A stretch of DNA of 64,000 nucleotides. Source: Eledone cirrhosa (Eukaryota). The notes beneath the pieces were generated by a model. It searched no databases and was not told the DNA's origin. It saw only the letters and a program-made list of their open reading frames with translations. Both the position numbers and the translations under genes were made by a program. The stretch covers positions 331,452,001-331,516,000 of the forward strand of contig OZ024741.1 of assembly GCA_964016885.1 (NCBI GenBank), read 5' to 3'. This document shows positions 25,959 through 39,555 of the stretch, piece after piece; the stretch's first letter is position 1, and every line of letters starts with the position of its first letter.

Positions 25959-26725
25959 TCATTTAATATTTTTATATTTTCTTTTTTTTGTAACTCGTGA
26001 TAATGCAACATACATCTGACCATGTGAGAAGAATTGTGTTGGTAGATATACACCTATCTTTTCAAATGTCTGCCCTTGTGCCTTGTTGCATGTAAGGGCA
26101 AAGGCTGGATTGACAGGAAATTGCTTGCGAGTAAAGGTGAAAGGGAACTCAAGCTCTTCAGATACATGTGGTATCCTTGGGATTAGCAACCTTGTTCCAG
26201 CATTGGACCCAATGCCACTTCAGCTTCAATTACATGATTATGTAAACTGATGACGATGTAGCATGTACCATTGCAATGCCCGTTTAGAGGATCCAGATTT
26301 CTCAGGAGCATGATGCAACTGCCTTTCTTCAGTTTAAGTATGTGTGTTGGGAAGCCTGATGGCGTAAGTTTGTTGATGAACTCAATTGGATATTGCAGTT
26401 CATTATCTACTGTCGATAAAATAAAGTACCAGTAATGTACTGGGTAATTGCTGGCCTTGTGCCTAATATAGAAACAATTATCTACTGTATCAGAGCTTCT
26501 GTAGATTATTCCATGACCAGGGAACTTGTTGACCATGAACTCATTCACCAATCTTGCTGCATCATTTGTTGGAGTGATAATGGCTCTATTTGCAAGCCAT
26601 AGTGGGTTTGTGTAGTTTCCTGGAAGATTTGTATACACAAAATCACACAGTTCAGACACATTACCATATTCCAGACAAAGTTCATTTGGCAGACGAATTG
26701 TGAATGCACCTACAGTTGGAACTGT
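25959..26725 (-). pseudogene. PIF1-like helicase C-terminal part of Helitron RepHel, frameshifted
   Basis: Two overlapping ORFs with SF1 helicase motifs; frameshift near 26190. Confidence 0.92.
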
Positions 26726-26849
26726 CTTTCATCAGAATATCAGGACGGTCTCTAGGTTCTTCACCAGGGTGCAAACTATTTTTTATTTCATCCCAGCTAG
26801 GGTTAGTTGTTACCGTGACGAAATAAGATGGCTTTCCCATGTGTCGAAT

Positions 26850-26922
26850 GGGGTCGATAAAATAAAGTACCAGTAATGCACTGGGTAATTGCTGGCCTTG
26901 TGCCTAAAGTAGAAACAATTAT
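26850..26922 (+). mobile_element. 5'-truncated Meta-type SINE
   Basis: ggggtcgataaaataaagtaccag...gtagaaacaattatt; abuts the Helitron Rep fragment. Confidence 0.8.
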
Positions 26923-27059
26923 TTATTCAAAGTAATCCAACTTATTTTACTAACTGGATTAAAAGAAATAAACCTTTAGCAGTCTCGCAGCCCTTGCTTT
27001 ATTATAGTTTAGATTCTATAGCATTTCTGCATATGAGCACACCTGGAATGGTTATGTAT

Positions 27060-27285
27060 TCTGCCTCAAGTCGTCGTCCAAAACCCTTCTCCAGGTTGCA
27101 GTAGAAGAAGAGGCAGACAAAGAAAATCCTGGTTTGACAACATCAAAGACTGGACTGGTCACAACACCGAGACCTCTCTATGCATGATGGAGAATAGAGA
27201 CCAGTCAACAACTGACTGTAAATATGTCTAGAGTGGCACCCCAAAGCAGCTGGCTGCAGCAGTTGCAGGAACATGATGATGATGC
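27060..27285 (+). mobile_element. LINE (RTE-like) 3' fragment
   Basis: RRRGRQRKSWFDNIKDWTG followed by (GAT)n. Confidence 0.65.
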
Positions 27286-27450
27286 ATATGTATGTATATA
27301 TATATATATATATAAAGTAAGATGGAAACAGCACAGAAGTATACTTAAAAAATCTTTTTTTCATTTTTTTCTTCTTTAAATATACTTCCGTTCTGTTTCC
27401 ATTCTTACTTTTTTCTATAACCTCTGTTTTGTATAGAACCTTACCCCTTT

Positions 27451-27533
<83 letters not shown>

Positions 27534-27536
<3 letters not shown>

Positions 27537-28161
27537 GTGGATAGCTTCCGGTACCTAGGAGATCAGATTAGCATGGGAGGAGGGTGTTCCGAGGCCATAG
27601 TATCTAGAATAAGGACGGGTTGGAAGAAGTTTAGGGAGCTGCTTCCTCTGTTGACGAAGAAGGGTTTCTCCCTGCGTACGAAAGGCCGGTTGTATGATGC
27701 CTGTGTGAGGAGCGCGATGCTGCATGGTAGTGAGACATGGGCAGCAACCGCAGAGGATATGCGATGGCTGGAGAGAAATGAGGCAAGCATGCTCCGTTGG
27801 ATGTGCAGTGTAAATGTGCGTGAACGACCCAGCATAAATGTGTTGAGAGAGAAACTGTGTCTGAGAGGGATAGAATGTAGTGTACGGGAGAGGAGACTGA
27901 GGTGGTATGGACATGTGATGCGCATGGAGGATGACCGATGGGTGAAGAAGTGCCAGGAAATGCCAGTTGAAGGAAGACGTGGTAGAGGTAGACCACGAAA
28001 AACATGGGCGGAGGTGGTGAGAATAGACCTCAGATCATTGAAGCTCACGGTGGAGATGACGAGGGACCGTGACGAGTGGAGAGATGCTGTGCTGAATAAG
28101 ACCCGTCCCACCCTTGCAAGCAGGGAAAAGCGGACGTAAAATGATGATGATGATGATGATG

Positions 28162-28162
<1 letters not shown>
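27534..28162 (+). mobile_element. Young 5'-truncated RTE LINE, open ORF2 C-terminus
   Basis: ~200 uninterrupted codons VVDSFRYLGD...MLHGSETWA...RRLRWYGHVMRM...GRGRPRKTW; (GAT)n tail; (TA)n on both sides. Confidence 0.95.
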
Positions 28163-28192
<30 letters not shown>

Positions 28193-28580
28193 TATATATA
28201 TTTATATATATATATCTTTATGAGTGTGTATCATTTGCCAAATTCTATCAGCCAAGGGATGTCAACATCACTAAGAATGAAAAAATAGCGTTCTTTGAAT
28301 GAATTCCCCTGATGCCATTTGTTCTGCCCTGAATTACTCAGACATTCTTTTGTTTGTCTCACAGAGAGAAAGGCTAAGAACCATTGATCAGTTCGATCAA
28401 GGCATATAGCCAACAATGATATTATTGTTCAGGAATTGTGATAGAAAAAAAACAAAACATGAAAATGGGTTTTAAAAAAGCTCAGTCATACCTCAAAACT
28501 AAACTGCCTATATTATAGCGTGTTATGGGTATGCCTGTTACTTATATAACCTATTATGGGCTGCTTATACAGCATATTAT

Positions 28581-31500
28581 GTATATTGAGTTCAAATCCT
28601 GATAAGTTAAAATCTGCTCTCTCTGTATACTGAGTTCAAATCCTGCCAAAGTTAACTCTGCTGCTTGTGTCCACTGAGTTCAAATCCTGCTAAGGGCAAC
28701 TTTGCTCTCTCTGTACACTGAGTTCAAATCCAACCAAGGTCAACTCTGCTCTCTCTGTACACTGAGTTCAAATCCAACCAAGGTCAACTCTGCTCTCTCT
28801 GTACACTGAGTTCAAATCCAACCAAGGTCAACTCTGCTCTCTCTGTACACTGAGTTCAAATCCTGCCAAGGTCAACTCTGCTCTCTCTGTACACTGAGTT
28901 CAAATCCAACCAAGGTCAACTCTGCTCTCTCTGTACACTGAGTTCAAATCCTGCTAAGGGCAACTTTGCTCTCTCTGTACACTGAGTTCAAATCCAACCA
29001 AGGTCAACTCTGCTCTCTCTGTACACTGAGTTCAAATCCTGCTAAGGGCAACTTTGCTCTCTCTGTACACTGAGTTCAAATCCAACCAAGGTCAACTCTG
29101 CTCTCTCTGTATACTGAGTTCAAATCCTGGCATGGTCAACTCTGCTCTCTCTGTACACTGAGTTCAAATCCTGCAATGGTCAACTCTGCTCTCTCTGTAC
29201 ACTGTGTTCAAATCCAACCAAGGTCAACTCTGCTCTCTCTGTACACTGAGTTCAAATCCTGCCATGGTCAACTCTGCTCTCTCTGTACACTGAGTTCAAA
29301 TCCAACCAAGGTCAACTCTGCTCTCTCTGTACACTGAGTTCAAATCCAACCAAGGTCAACTCTGCTCTCTCTGTACACTGAGTTCAAATCCAACCAAGGT
29401 CAACTCTGCTCTCTCTGTACACTGAGTTCAAATCCTGCCATGGTCAACTCTGCTCTCTCTGTACACTGAGTTCAAATCCAACCAAGGTCAACTCTGCTCT
29501 CTCTGTACACTGAGTTCAAATCCAACCAAGGTCAACTCTGCTCTCTCTGTACACTGAGTTCAAATCCAACCAAGGTCAACTCTGCTCTCTCTGTACACTG
29601 AGTTCAAATCCTGCCATGGTCAACTCTGCTCTCTCTGTACACTGAGTTCAAATCCAACCAAGGTCAACTCTGCTCTCTCTGTACACTGAGTTCAAATCCA
29701 ACCAAGGTCAACTCTGCTCTCTCTGTACACTGAGTTCAAATCCAACCAAGGTCAACTCTGCTCTCTCTGTACACTGAGTTCAAATCCTGCCATGGTCAAC
29801 TCTGCTCTCTCTGTACACTGAGTTCAAATCCAACCAAGGTCAACTCTGCTCTCTCTGTACACTGAGTTCAAATCCAACCAAGGTCAACTCTGCTCTCTCT
29901 GTACACTGAGTTCAAATCCTGCCATGGTCAACTCTGCTCTCTCTGTATACTGAGTTCAAATCCTGCTAAGGGCAACTTTGCTCTCTCTGTACACTGAGTT
30001 CAAATCCTGCTAAGGGCAACTTTGCTCTCTCTGTACACTGAGTTCAAATCCTGCTAAGGGCAACTTTGCTCTCTCTGTATACTGAGTTCAAATCCTGCTA
30101 AGGGCAACTTTGCTCTCTCTGTACACTGAGTTCAAATCCTGCCATGGTCAACTCTGCTCTCTCTGTACACTGAGTTCAAATCCAACCAAGGTCAACTCTG
30201 CTCTCTCTGTACACTGAGTTCAAATCCAACCAAGGTCAACTCTGCTCTCTCTGTACACTGAGTTCAAATCCAACCAAGGTCAACTCTGCTCTCTCTGTAC
30301 ACTGAGTTCAAATCCAACCAAGGTCAACTCTGCTCTCTCTGTACACTGAGTTCAAATCCTGCCATGGTCAACTCTGCTCTCTCTGTACACTGAGTTCAAA
30401 TCCAACCAAGGTCAACTCTGCTCTCTCTGTACACTGAGTTCAAATCCAACCAAGGTCAACTCTGCTCTCTCTGTACACTGAGTTCAAATCCTGCCATGGT
30501 CAACTCTGCTCTCTCTGTATACTGAGTTCAAATCCTGCTAAGGGCAATTTTGCTCTCTCTGTACACTGAGTTCAAATCCTGCTAAGGGCAACTTTGCTCT
30601 CTCTGTACACTGAGTTCAAATCCTGCTAAGGGAAACTTTGCTCTCTCTGTATACTGAGTTCAAATCCTGCTAAGGTCAACTTTGCTCTCTCTGTACACTG
30701 AGTTCAAATCCTGCCATGGTCAACTCTGCTCTCTCTGTACACTGAGTTCAAATCCTGCTAAGGGCAACTTTGCTCTCTCTGTATACTGAGTTCAAATCCT
30801 GCTAAGGGCAACTTTGCTCTCTCTGTACACTGAGTTCAAATCCAACCAAGGTCAACTCTACTCTCTCTGTACACTGAGTTCAAATCCTGCCATGGTCAAC
30901 TCTGCTCTCTCTGTACACTGTGTTCAAATCCAACCAAAGTCAACTCTGCTCTCTCTGTACACTGAGTTCAAATCCTGCCATGGTCAACTCTGCTCTCTCT
31001 GTACACTGAGTTCAAATCCAACCAAGGTCAACTCTGCTCTCTCTGTACACTGAGTTCAAATACAACCAAGGTCAACTCTGCTCTCTCTGTACACTGAGTT
31101 CAAATCCAACCAAGGTCAACTCTGCTCTCTCTGTACACTGAGTTCAAATCCAACCAAGGTCAACTCTGCTCTCTCTGTACACTGAGTTCAAATCCAACCA
31201 AGGTCAACTCTGCTCTCTCTGTACACTGAGTTCAAATCCTGCTAAGGGCAACTTTGCTCTCTCTGTACACTGAGTTCAAATCCAACCAAGGTCAACTCTG
31301 CTCTCTCTGTATACTGAGTTCAAATCCTGCCATGGTCAACTCTGCTCTCTCTGTACACTGAGTTCAAATCCTGCCATGGTCAACTCTGCTCTCTCTGTAC
31401 ACTGTGTTCAAATCCAACCAAGGTCAACTCTGCTCTCTCTGTACACTGAGTTCAAATCCTGCCATGGTCAACTCTGCTCTCTCTGTACACTGAGTTCAAA

Positions 31501-34500
31501 TCCAACCAAGGTCAACTCTGCTCTCTCTGTACACTGAGTTCAAATACAACCAAGGTCAACTCTGCTCTCTCTGTACACTGAGTTCAAATCCAACCAAGGT
31601 CAACTCTGCTCTCTCTGTACACTGAGTTCAAATCCTGCCATGGTCAACTCTGCTCTCTCTGTACACTGAGTTCAAATCCAACCAAGGTCAACTCTGCTCT
31701 CTCTGTACACTGAGTTCAAATCCAACCAAGGTCAACTCTGCTCTCTCTGTACACTGAGTTCAAATCCAACCAAGGTCAACTCTGCTCTCTCTGTACACTG
31801 AGTTCAAATCCTGCCATGGTCAACTCTGCTCTCTCTGTACACTGAGTTCAAATCCAGCCAAGGTCAACTCTGCTCTCTCTGTACACTGAGTTCAAATCCA
31901 ACCAAGGTCAACTCTGCTCTCTCTGTACACTGAGTTCAAATCCAACCAAGGTCAACTCTGCTCTCTCTGTACACTGAGTTCAAATCCTGCCATGGTCAAC
32001 TCTGCTCTCTCTGTACACTGAGTTCAAATCCAACCAAGGTCAACTCTGCTCTCTCTGTACACTGAGTTCAAATCCAACCAAGGTCAACTCTGCTCTCTCT
32101 GTACACTGAGTTCAAATCCAACCAAGGTCAACTCTGCTCTCTCTGTACACTGAGTTCAAATCCAACCAAGGTCAACTCTGCTCTCTCTGTACACTGAGTT
32201 CAAATCCTGCTTAGGGCAACTTTGCTCTCTCTGTACACTGAGTTCAAATCCTGCTAAGGGCAACTTTGCTCTCTCTGTATACTGAGTTCAAATCCTGCTA
32301 AGGGCAACTTTGCTCTCTCTGTACACTGAGTTCAAATCCTGCCATGGTCAACTCTGCTCTCTCTGTACACTGAGTTCAAATCCAACCAAGGTCAACTCTG
32401 CTCTCTCTGTACACTGAGTTCAAATCCAACCAAGGTCAACTCTGCTCTCTCTGTACACTGAGTTCAAATCCTGCCATGGTCAACTCTGCTCTCTCTGTAC
32501 ACTGAGTTCAAATCCAACCAAGGTCAACTCTGCTCTCTCTGTACACTGAGTTCAAATCCAACCAAGGTCAACTCTGCTCTCTCTGTACACTGAGTTCAAA
32601 TCCAACCAAGGTCAACTCTGCTCTCTCTGTACACTGAGTTCAAATCCTGCCATGGTCAACTCTGCTCTCTCTGTATACTGAGTTCAAATCCTGCTAAGGG
32701 CAATTTTGCTCTCTCTGTACACTGAGTTCAAATCCTGCTAAGGGCAACTTTGCTCTCTCTGTACACTGAGTTCAAATCCTGCTAAGGTCAACTCTGCTCT
32801 CTCTGTACACTGAGTTCAAATCCTGCCATGGTCAACTCTGCTCTCTCTGTACACTGAGTTCAAATCCAACCAAGGTAAACTCTGCTCTCTCTGTACACTG
32901 AGTTCAAATCCTGCCATGGTCAACTCTGCTCTCTCTGTACACTGAGTTCAAATCCAGCCAAGGTCAACTCTGCTCTCTCTGTACACTGAGTTCAAATCCA
33001 ACCAAGGTCAACTCTGCTCTCTCTGTACACTGAGTTCAAATCCAACCAAGGTCAACTCTGCTCTCTCTGTACACTGAGTTCAAATCCTGCCATGGTCAAC
33101 TCTGCTCTCTCTGTACACTGAGTTCAAATCCAACCAAGGTCAACTCTGCTCTCTCTGTACACTGAGTTCAAATCCAACCAAGGTCAACTCTGCTCTCTCT
33201 GTACACTGAGTTCAAATCCTGCCATGGTCAACTCTGCTCTCTCTGTATACTGAGTTCAAATCCTGCTAAGGGCAACTTTGCTCTCGCTGTACACTGAGTT
33301 CAAATCCTGCTTAGGGCAACTTTGCTCTCTCTGTACACTGAGTTCAAATCCTGCTAAGGGCAACTTTGCTCTCTCTGTATACTGAGTTCAAATCCTGCTA
33401 AGGGCAACTTTGCTCTCTCTGTACACTGAGTTCAAATCCTGCCATGGTCAACTCTGCTCTCTCTGTACACTGAGTTCAAATCCAACCAAGGTCAACTCTG
33501 CTCTCTCTGTACACTGAGTTCAAATCCAACCAAGGTCAACTCTGCTCTCTCTGTACACTGAGTTCAAATCCAACCAAGGTCAACTCTGCTCTCTCTGTAC
33601 ACTGAGTTCAAATCCAACCAAGGTCAACTCTGCTCTCTCTGTACACTGAGTTCAAATCCTGCCATGGTCAACTCTGCTCTCTCTGTACACTGAGTTCAAA
33701 TCCAACCAAGGTCAACTCTGCTCTCTCTGTACACTGAGTTCAAATCCTGCTAAGGGCAACTTTGCTCTCTCTGTACACTGAGTTCAAATCCAACCAAGGT
33801 CAACTCTGCTCTCTCTGTACACTGAGTTCAAATCCTGCCATGGTCAACTCTGCTCTCTCTGTACACTGAGTTCAAATCCAACCAAGGTCAACTCTGCTCT
33901 CTCTGTACACTGAGTTCAAATCCTGCTAAGGGCAACTTTGCTCTCTCTGTACACTGAGTTCAAATCCAACCAAGGTCATCTCTGCTCTCTCTGTACACTG
34001 AGTTCAAATCCTGCCATGGTCAACTCTGCTCTCTCTGTACACTGAGTTCAAATCCAACCAAGGTCAACTCTGCTCTCTCTGTACACTGAGTTCAAATCCT
34101 GCTAAGGGCAACTTTGCTCTCTCTGTACACTGAGTTCAAATCCAACCAAGGTCAACTCTGCTCTCTCTGTATACTGAGTTCAAATCCTGCCATGGTCAAC
34201 TCTGCTCTCTCTGTACACTGAGTTCAAATCCTGCCATGGTCAACTCTGCTCTCTCTGTACACTGTGTTCAAATCCAACCAAGGTCAACTCTGCTCTCTCT
34301 GTACACTGAGTTCAAATCCTGCCATGGTCAACTCTGCTCTCTCTGTACACTGAGTTCAAATCCAACCAAGGTCAACTCTGCTCTCTCTGTACACTGAGTT
34401 CAAATACAACCAAGGTCAACTCTGCTCTCTCTGTACACTGAGTTCAAATCCAACCAAGGTCAACTCTGCTCTCTCTGTACACTGAGTTCAAATCCTGCCA

Positions 34501-37500
34501 TGGTCAACTCTGCTCTCTCTGTACACTGAGTTCAAATCCAACCAAGGTAAACTCTGCTCTCTCTGTACACTGAGTTCAAATCCAACCAAGGTCAACTCTG
34601 CTCTCTCTGTACACTGAGTTCAAATCCAACCAAGGTCAACTCTGCTCTCTCTGTACACTGAGTTCAAATCCTGCCATGGTCAACTCTGCTCTCTCTGTAC
34701 ACTGAGTTCAAATCCAGCCAAGGTCAACTCTGCTCTCTCTGTACACTGAGTTCAAATCCAACCAAGGTCAACTCTGCTCTCTCTGTACACTGAGTTCAAA
34801 TCCAACCAAGGTCAACTCTGCTCTCTCTGTACACTGAGTTCAAATCCTGCCATGGTCAACTCTGCTCTCTCTGTACACTGAGTTCAAATCCAACCAAGGT
34901 CAACTCTGCTCTCTCTGTACACTGAGTTCAAATCCAACCAAGGTCAACTCTGCTCTCTCTGTACACTGAGTTCAAATCCAACCAAGGTCAACTCTGCTCT
35001 CTCTGTACACTGAGTTCAAATCCAACCAAGGTCAACTCTGCTCTCTCTGTACACTGAGTTCAAATCCTGCTTAGGGCAACTTTGCTCTCTCTGTACACTG
35101 AGTTCAAATCCTGCTAAGGGCAACTTTGCTCTCTCTGTATACTGAGTTCAAATCCTGCTAAGGGCAACTTTGCTCTCTCTGTACACTGAGTTCAAATCCT
35201 GCCATGGTCAACTCTGCTCTCTCTGTACACTGAGTTCAAATCCAACCAAGGTCAACTCTGCTCTCTCTGTACACTGAGTTCAAATCCAACCAAGGTCAAC
35301 TCTGCTCTCTCTGTACACTGAGTTCAAATCCAACCAAGGTCAACTCTGCTCTCTCTGTACACTGAGTTCAAATCCTGCCATGGTCAACTCTGCTCTCTCT
35401 GTACACTGAGTTCAAATCCAACCAAGGTCAACTCTGCTCTCTCTGTACACTGAGTTCAAATCCAACCAAGGTCAACTCTGCTCTCTCTGTACACTGAGTT
35501 CAAATCCAACCAAGGTCAACTCTGCTCTCTCTGTACACTGAGTTCAAATCCTGCCATGGTCAACTCTGCTCTCTCTGTATACTGAGTTCAAATCCTGCTA
35601 AGGGCAATTTTGCTCTCTCTGTACACTGAGTTCAAATCCTGCTAAGGGCAACTTTGCTCTCTCTGTACACTGAGTTCAAATCCTGCTAAGGTCAACTCTG
35701 CTCTCTCTGTACACTGAGTTCAAATCCTGCCATGGTCAACTCTGCTCTCTCTGTACACTGAGTTCAAATCCAACCAAGGTAAACTCTGCTCTCTCTGTAC
35801 ACTGAGTTCAAATCCTGCCATGGTCAACTCTGCTCTCTCTGTACACTGAGTTCAAATCCAGCCAAGGTCAACTCTGCTCTCTCTGTACACTGAGTTCAAA
35901 TCCAACCAAGGTCAACTCTGCTCTCTCTGTACACTGAGTTCAAATCCAACCAAGGTCAACTCTGCTCTCTCTGTACACTGAGTTCAAATCCTGCCATGGT
36001 CAACTCTGCTCTCTCTGTACACTGAGTTCAAATCCAACCAAGGTCAACTCTGCTCTCTCTGTACACTGAGTTCAAATCCAACCAAGGTCAACTCTGCTCT
36101 CTCTGTACACTGAGTTCAAATCCTGCCATGGTCAACTCTGCTCTCTCTGTATACTGAGTTCAAATCCTGCTAAGGGCAACTTTGCTCTCTCTGTACACTG
36201 AGTTCAAATCCTGCTTAGGGCAACTTTGCTCTCTCTGTACACTGAGTTCAAATCCTGCTAAGGGCAAATTTACTCTCTCTGTACACTGAGTTCAAATCCT
36301 GCTAAGGGCAACTTTGCTCTCTCTGTATACTGAGTTCAAATCCTGCTAAGGGCAACTTTGCTCTCTCTGTACACTGAGTTCAAATCCTGCCATGGTCAAC
36401 TCTGCTCTCTCTGTACACTGAGTTCAAATCCAACCAAGGTCAACTCTGCTCTCTCTGTACACTGAGTTCAAATCCAACCAAGGTCAACTCTGCTCTCTCT
36501 GTACACTGAGTTCAAATCCAACCAAGGTCAACTCTGCTCTCTCTGTACACTGAGTTCAAATCCAACCAAGGTCAACTCTGCTCTCTCTGTACACTGAGTT
36601 CAAATCCAACCAAGGTCAACTCTGCTCTCTCTGTACACTGAGTTCAAATCCTGCCATGGTCAACTCTGCTCTCTCTGTACACTGAGTTCAAATCCAACCA
36701 AGGTCAACTCTGCTCTCTCTGTACACTGAGTTCAAATCCAACCAAGGTCAACTCTGCTCTCTCTGTACACTGAGTTCAAATCCAACCAAGGTCAACTCTG
36801 CTCTCTCTGTACACTGAGTTCAAATCCTGCCATGGTCAACTCTGCTCTCTCTGTATACTGAGTTCAAATCCTGCTAAGGGCAATTTTGCTCTCTCTGTAC
36901 ACTGAGTTCAAATCCTGCTAAGGGCAACTTTGCTCTCTCTGTACACTGAGTTCAAATCCTGCTAAGGGAAACTTTGCTCTCTCTGTATACTGAGTTCAAA
37001 TCCTGCTAAGGTCAACTTTGCTCTCTCTGTACACTGAGTTCAAATCCTGCCATGGTCAACTCTGCTCTCTCTGTACACTGAGTTCAAATCCTGCTAAGGG
37101 CAACTTTGCTCTCTCTGTATACTGAGTTCAAATCCTGCTAAGGGCAACTTTGCTCTCTCTGTACACTGAGTTCAAATCCAACCAAGGTCAACTCTGCTCT
37201 CTCTGTACACTGAGTTCAAATCCAACCAAGGTCAACTCTGCTCTCTCTGTACACTGAGTTCAAATCCAACCAAGGTCAACTCTGCTCTCTCTGTACACTG
37301 AGTTCAAATCCAACCAAGGTCAACTCTGCTCTCTCTGTACACTGAGTTCAAATCCAACCAAGGTCAACTCTGCTCTCTCTGTACACTGAGTTCAAATCCT
37401 GCCATGGTCAACTCTGCTCTCTCTGTATACTGAGTTCAAATCCTGCTAAGGGCAATTTTGCTCTCTCTGTACACTGAGTTCAAATCCTGCTAAGGGCAAC

Positions 37501-37900
37501 TTTGCTCTCTCTGTACACTGAGTTCAAATCCTGCTAAGGGCAACTTTGCTCTCTCTGTATACTGAGTTCAAATCCTGCTAAGGGCAACTTTGCTCTCTCT
37601 GTACACTGAGTTCAAATCCTGCTAAGGGCAACTTTGCTCTCTCTGTATACTGAGTTCAAATCCTGCTAAGGGCAACTTTGCTCTCTCTGTATACTGAGTT
37701 CAAATCCTGCCATGGTCAACTCTGCTCTCTCTGTATACTGAGTTCAAATCCTGCCATGGTCAACTCTGCTCTCTCTGTACACTGAGTTCAAATCCTGCTA
37801 AGGGCAACTTTGCTCTCTCTGTACACTGAGTTCAAATCCAACCAAGGTCAACTTTGCTCTCTCTGTATACTGAGTTCAAATCCAACCAAGGTCAACTTTG
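28581..37900 (+). repeat. 44 bp satellite array, ~212 units, SINE B-box derived
   Basis: Unit TGAGTTCAAATCC[AACCAAGGTC|TGCCATGGTC|TGCTAAGGGC]AACTYTGCTCTCTCTGTAYAC. Confidence 0.98.
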
Positions 37901-38094
37901 TTTTACACTTTTTGTTACTCCATAAAAGAAAGTAGCAGTCCATAGCGATAGATTGGCACAGTGGTTAGAACATAGGAAGAGATCCTTTGTAGAAACTGTT
38001 CCAGCACATGTTCTGAGTTCAAATTCCATTGATGGCCAGGACTGATAACCCAAAATAGGATCACAAATCATTATGGAAGTCTGCAATGGGTGAA

Positions 38095-38372
38095 TGCTGC
38101 TGCTGCTGATGATGATGATGATGTTGGTGGTGACGTGTATATTGTTGATGTTGATATTAGATGTGATGATGATAGTACTGGTAGTAGTAGTGATGATGAG
38201 GATGATGATGACGATTATTTTGTTGATGATGATGGCAGTGTTGATGATAATGATGATGATAGTAATGACAGTAATGATGATGATGATGGTAATGACAGTA
38301 ATGATGATGATAGTGGTAATGGCAGTAATGATGATGATGGTGATGATAGTAATGACGATGATGATGATGATG
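38095..38372. repeat. Degenerate (GAT)n microsatellite
   Basis: Directly visible. Confidence 0.9.
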
Positions 38373-38693
38373 ATATTTGTTATTTACTTTGCCAAACAAT
38401 AGCTTATAGGTATAAGATTATTGTTTAAGAGAAACAAAAGGTTTTAAAATGTTCACTGTATATTGGAATGGTATTAAAGATTAGAAGACAGGAGGTGGAA
38501 GGGGTGAAGGGGGAGTGGGAGGAGAATGAGGATGGGAAGAATGATGTGAAGGAGGGTGATGATGATGATGATGATGATGAGGGGAGGAGGAGAAGAAGAA
38601 GAAGAAGAAGAAGAAGAAGAAGAAGAAGAAGAAGAAAACTATTGTTTTATTCTCTCTTCTGTTGTCAAGTATAATATAATATAATATAATATA

Positions 38694-38743
<50 letters not shown>

Positions 38744-39101
38744 GTCTACGATTTCACAGAACTTATGTTTACCGAATTCACAGACTAGACCCCTTCTTCC
38801 TCCCGTTAGACCTGTGCAAAATTCCTTCCTTGCTCACATTTCAACCAGGTTTGATGGTCTTTATTCTCTCTCGTTCACGATTTCACCGAACTTATATTCA
38901 TGGACATTTTTGGACTTGACTCGCTCTTCCTCACTTTTTGTTGCTTCACCATCTTTGTTTGTTTACACTCTCGCTGTTCCGTTTATTTACATGTCCCAAC
39001 GACTTTCTTTAGCCGTTGCTCGCACCAACCAGAGGTATATGGTCTTTAAAGCGAAGAAATACCGATGATGGTTGGAAGATCACTGATGAAGGACCACTTT
39101 A

Positions 39102-39137
<36 letters not shown>

Positions 39138-39261
39138 TATATTATATTATACTTGATAACAGAAGAGAGAATAAACAATAGTAATTATTGTATATATATA
39201 TATATATATATATATTATGGAATACTGTTGGCTTTTTGCTACAATATTTTCTACACCTTTC

Positions 39262-39347
<86 letters not shown>

Positions 39348-39489
39348 TATATATACTTGTTATGTTGAAATATTTTGGCAGAAAATATTAAGATATCATA
39401 ACTAGAAGAAGAAATATATAAAGGAGAATGTTTGTTGTTGTTAACTATAGTACTTAGCTTCTTAGTGAATTCCAAGTTATCTAACTATC

Positions 39490-39555
<66 letters not shown>

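Larger units (their letters stand above)
25442..26849 (-). mobile_element. Internally deleted Helitron
   Basis: Rep motif GKPSYFVTVTTNPSWDEI...DRPD (26737-26849), PIF1 motifs MLLRNLD..GHCNGT and [19 protein letters not shown]...[13 protein letters not shown], 3' hairpin ending CTAG followed by T. Confidence 0.92.

Noticed and set aside
30814-31053. ORF inside the satellite
   Set aside because: Chance loss of one TGA in a variant unit
28581-37900. CRISPR-like look (constant repeat plus variable segment)
   Set aside because: The variable part is only about 6-10 nt with three recurring states, there are no unique spacers and no cas genes, and the context is eukaryotic
38090-38674. Asp-rich and Arg-rich ORFs
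   Set aside because: (GAT)n and (AGA)n microsatellites
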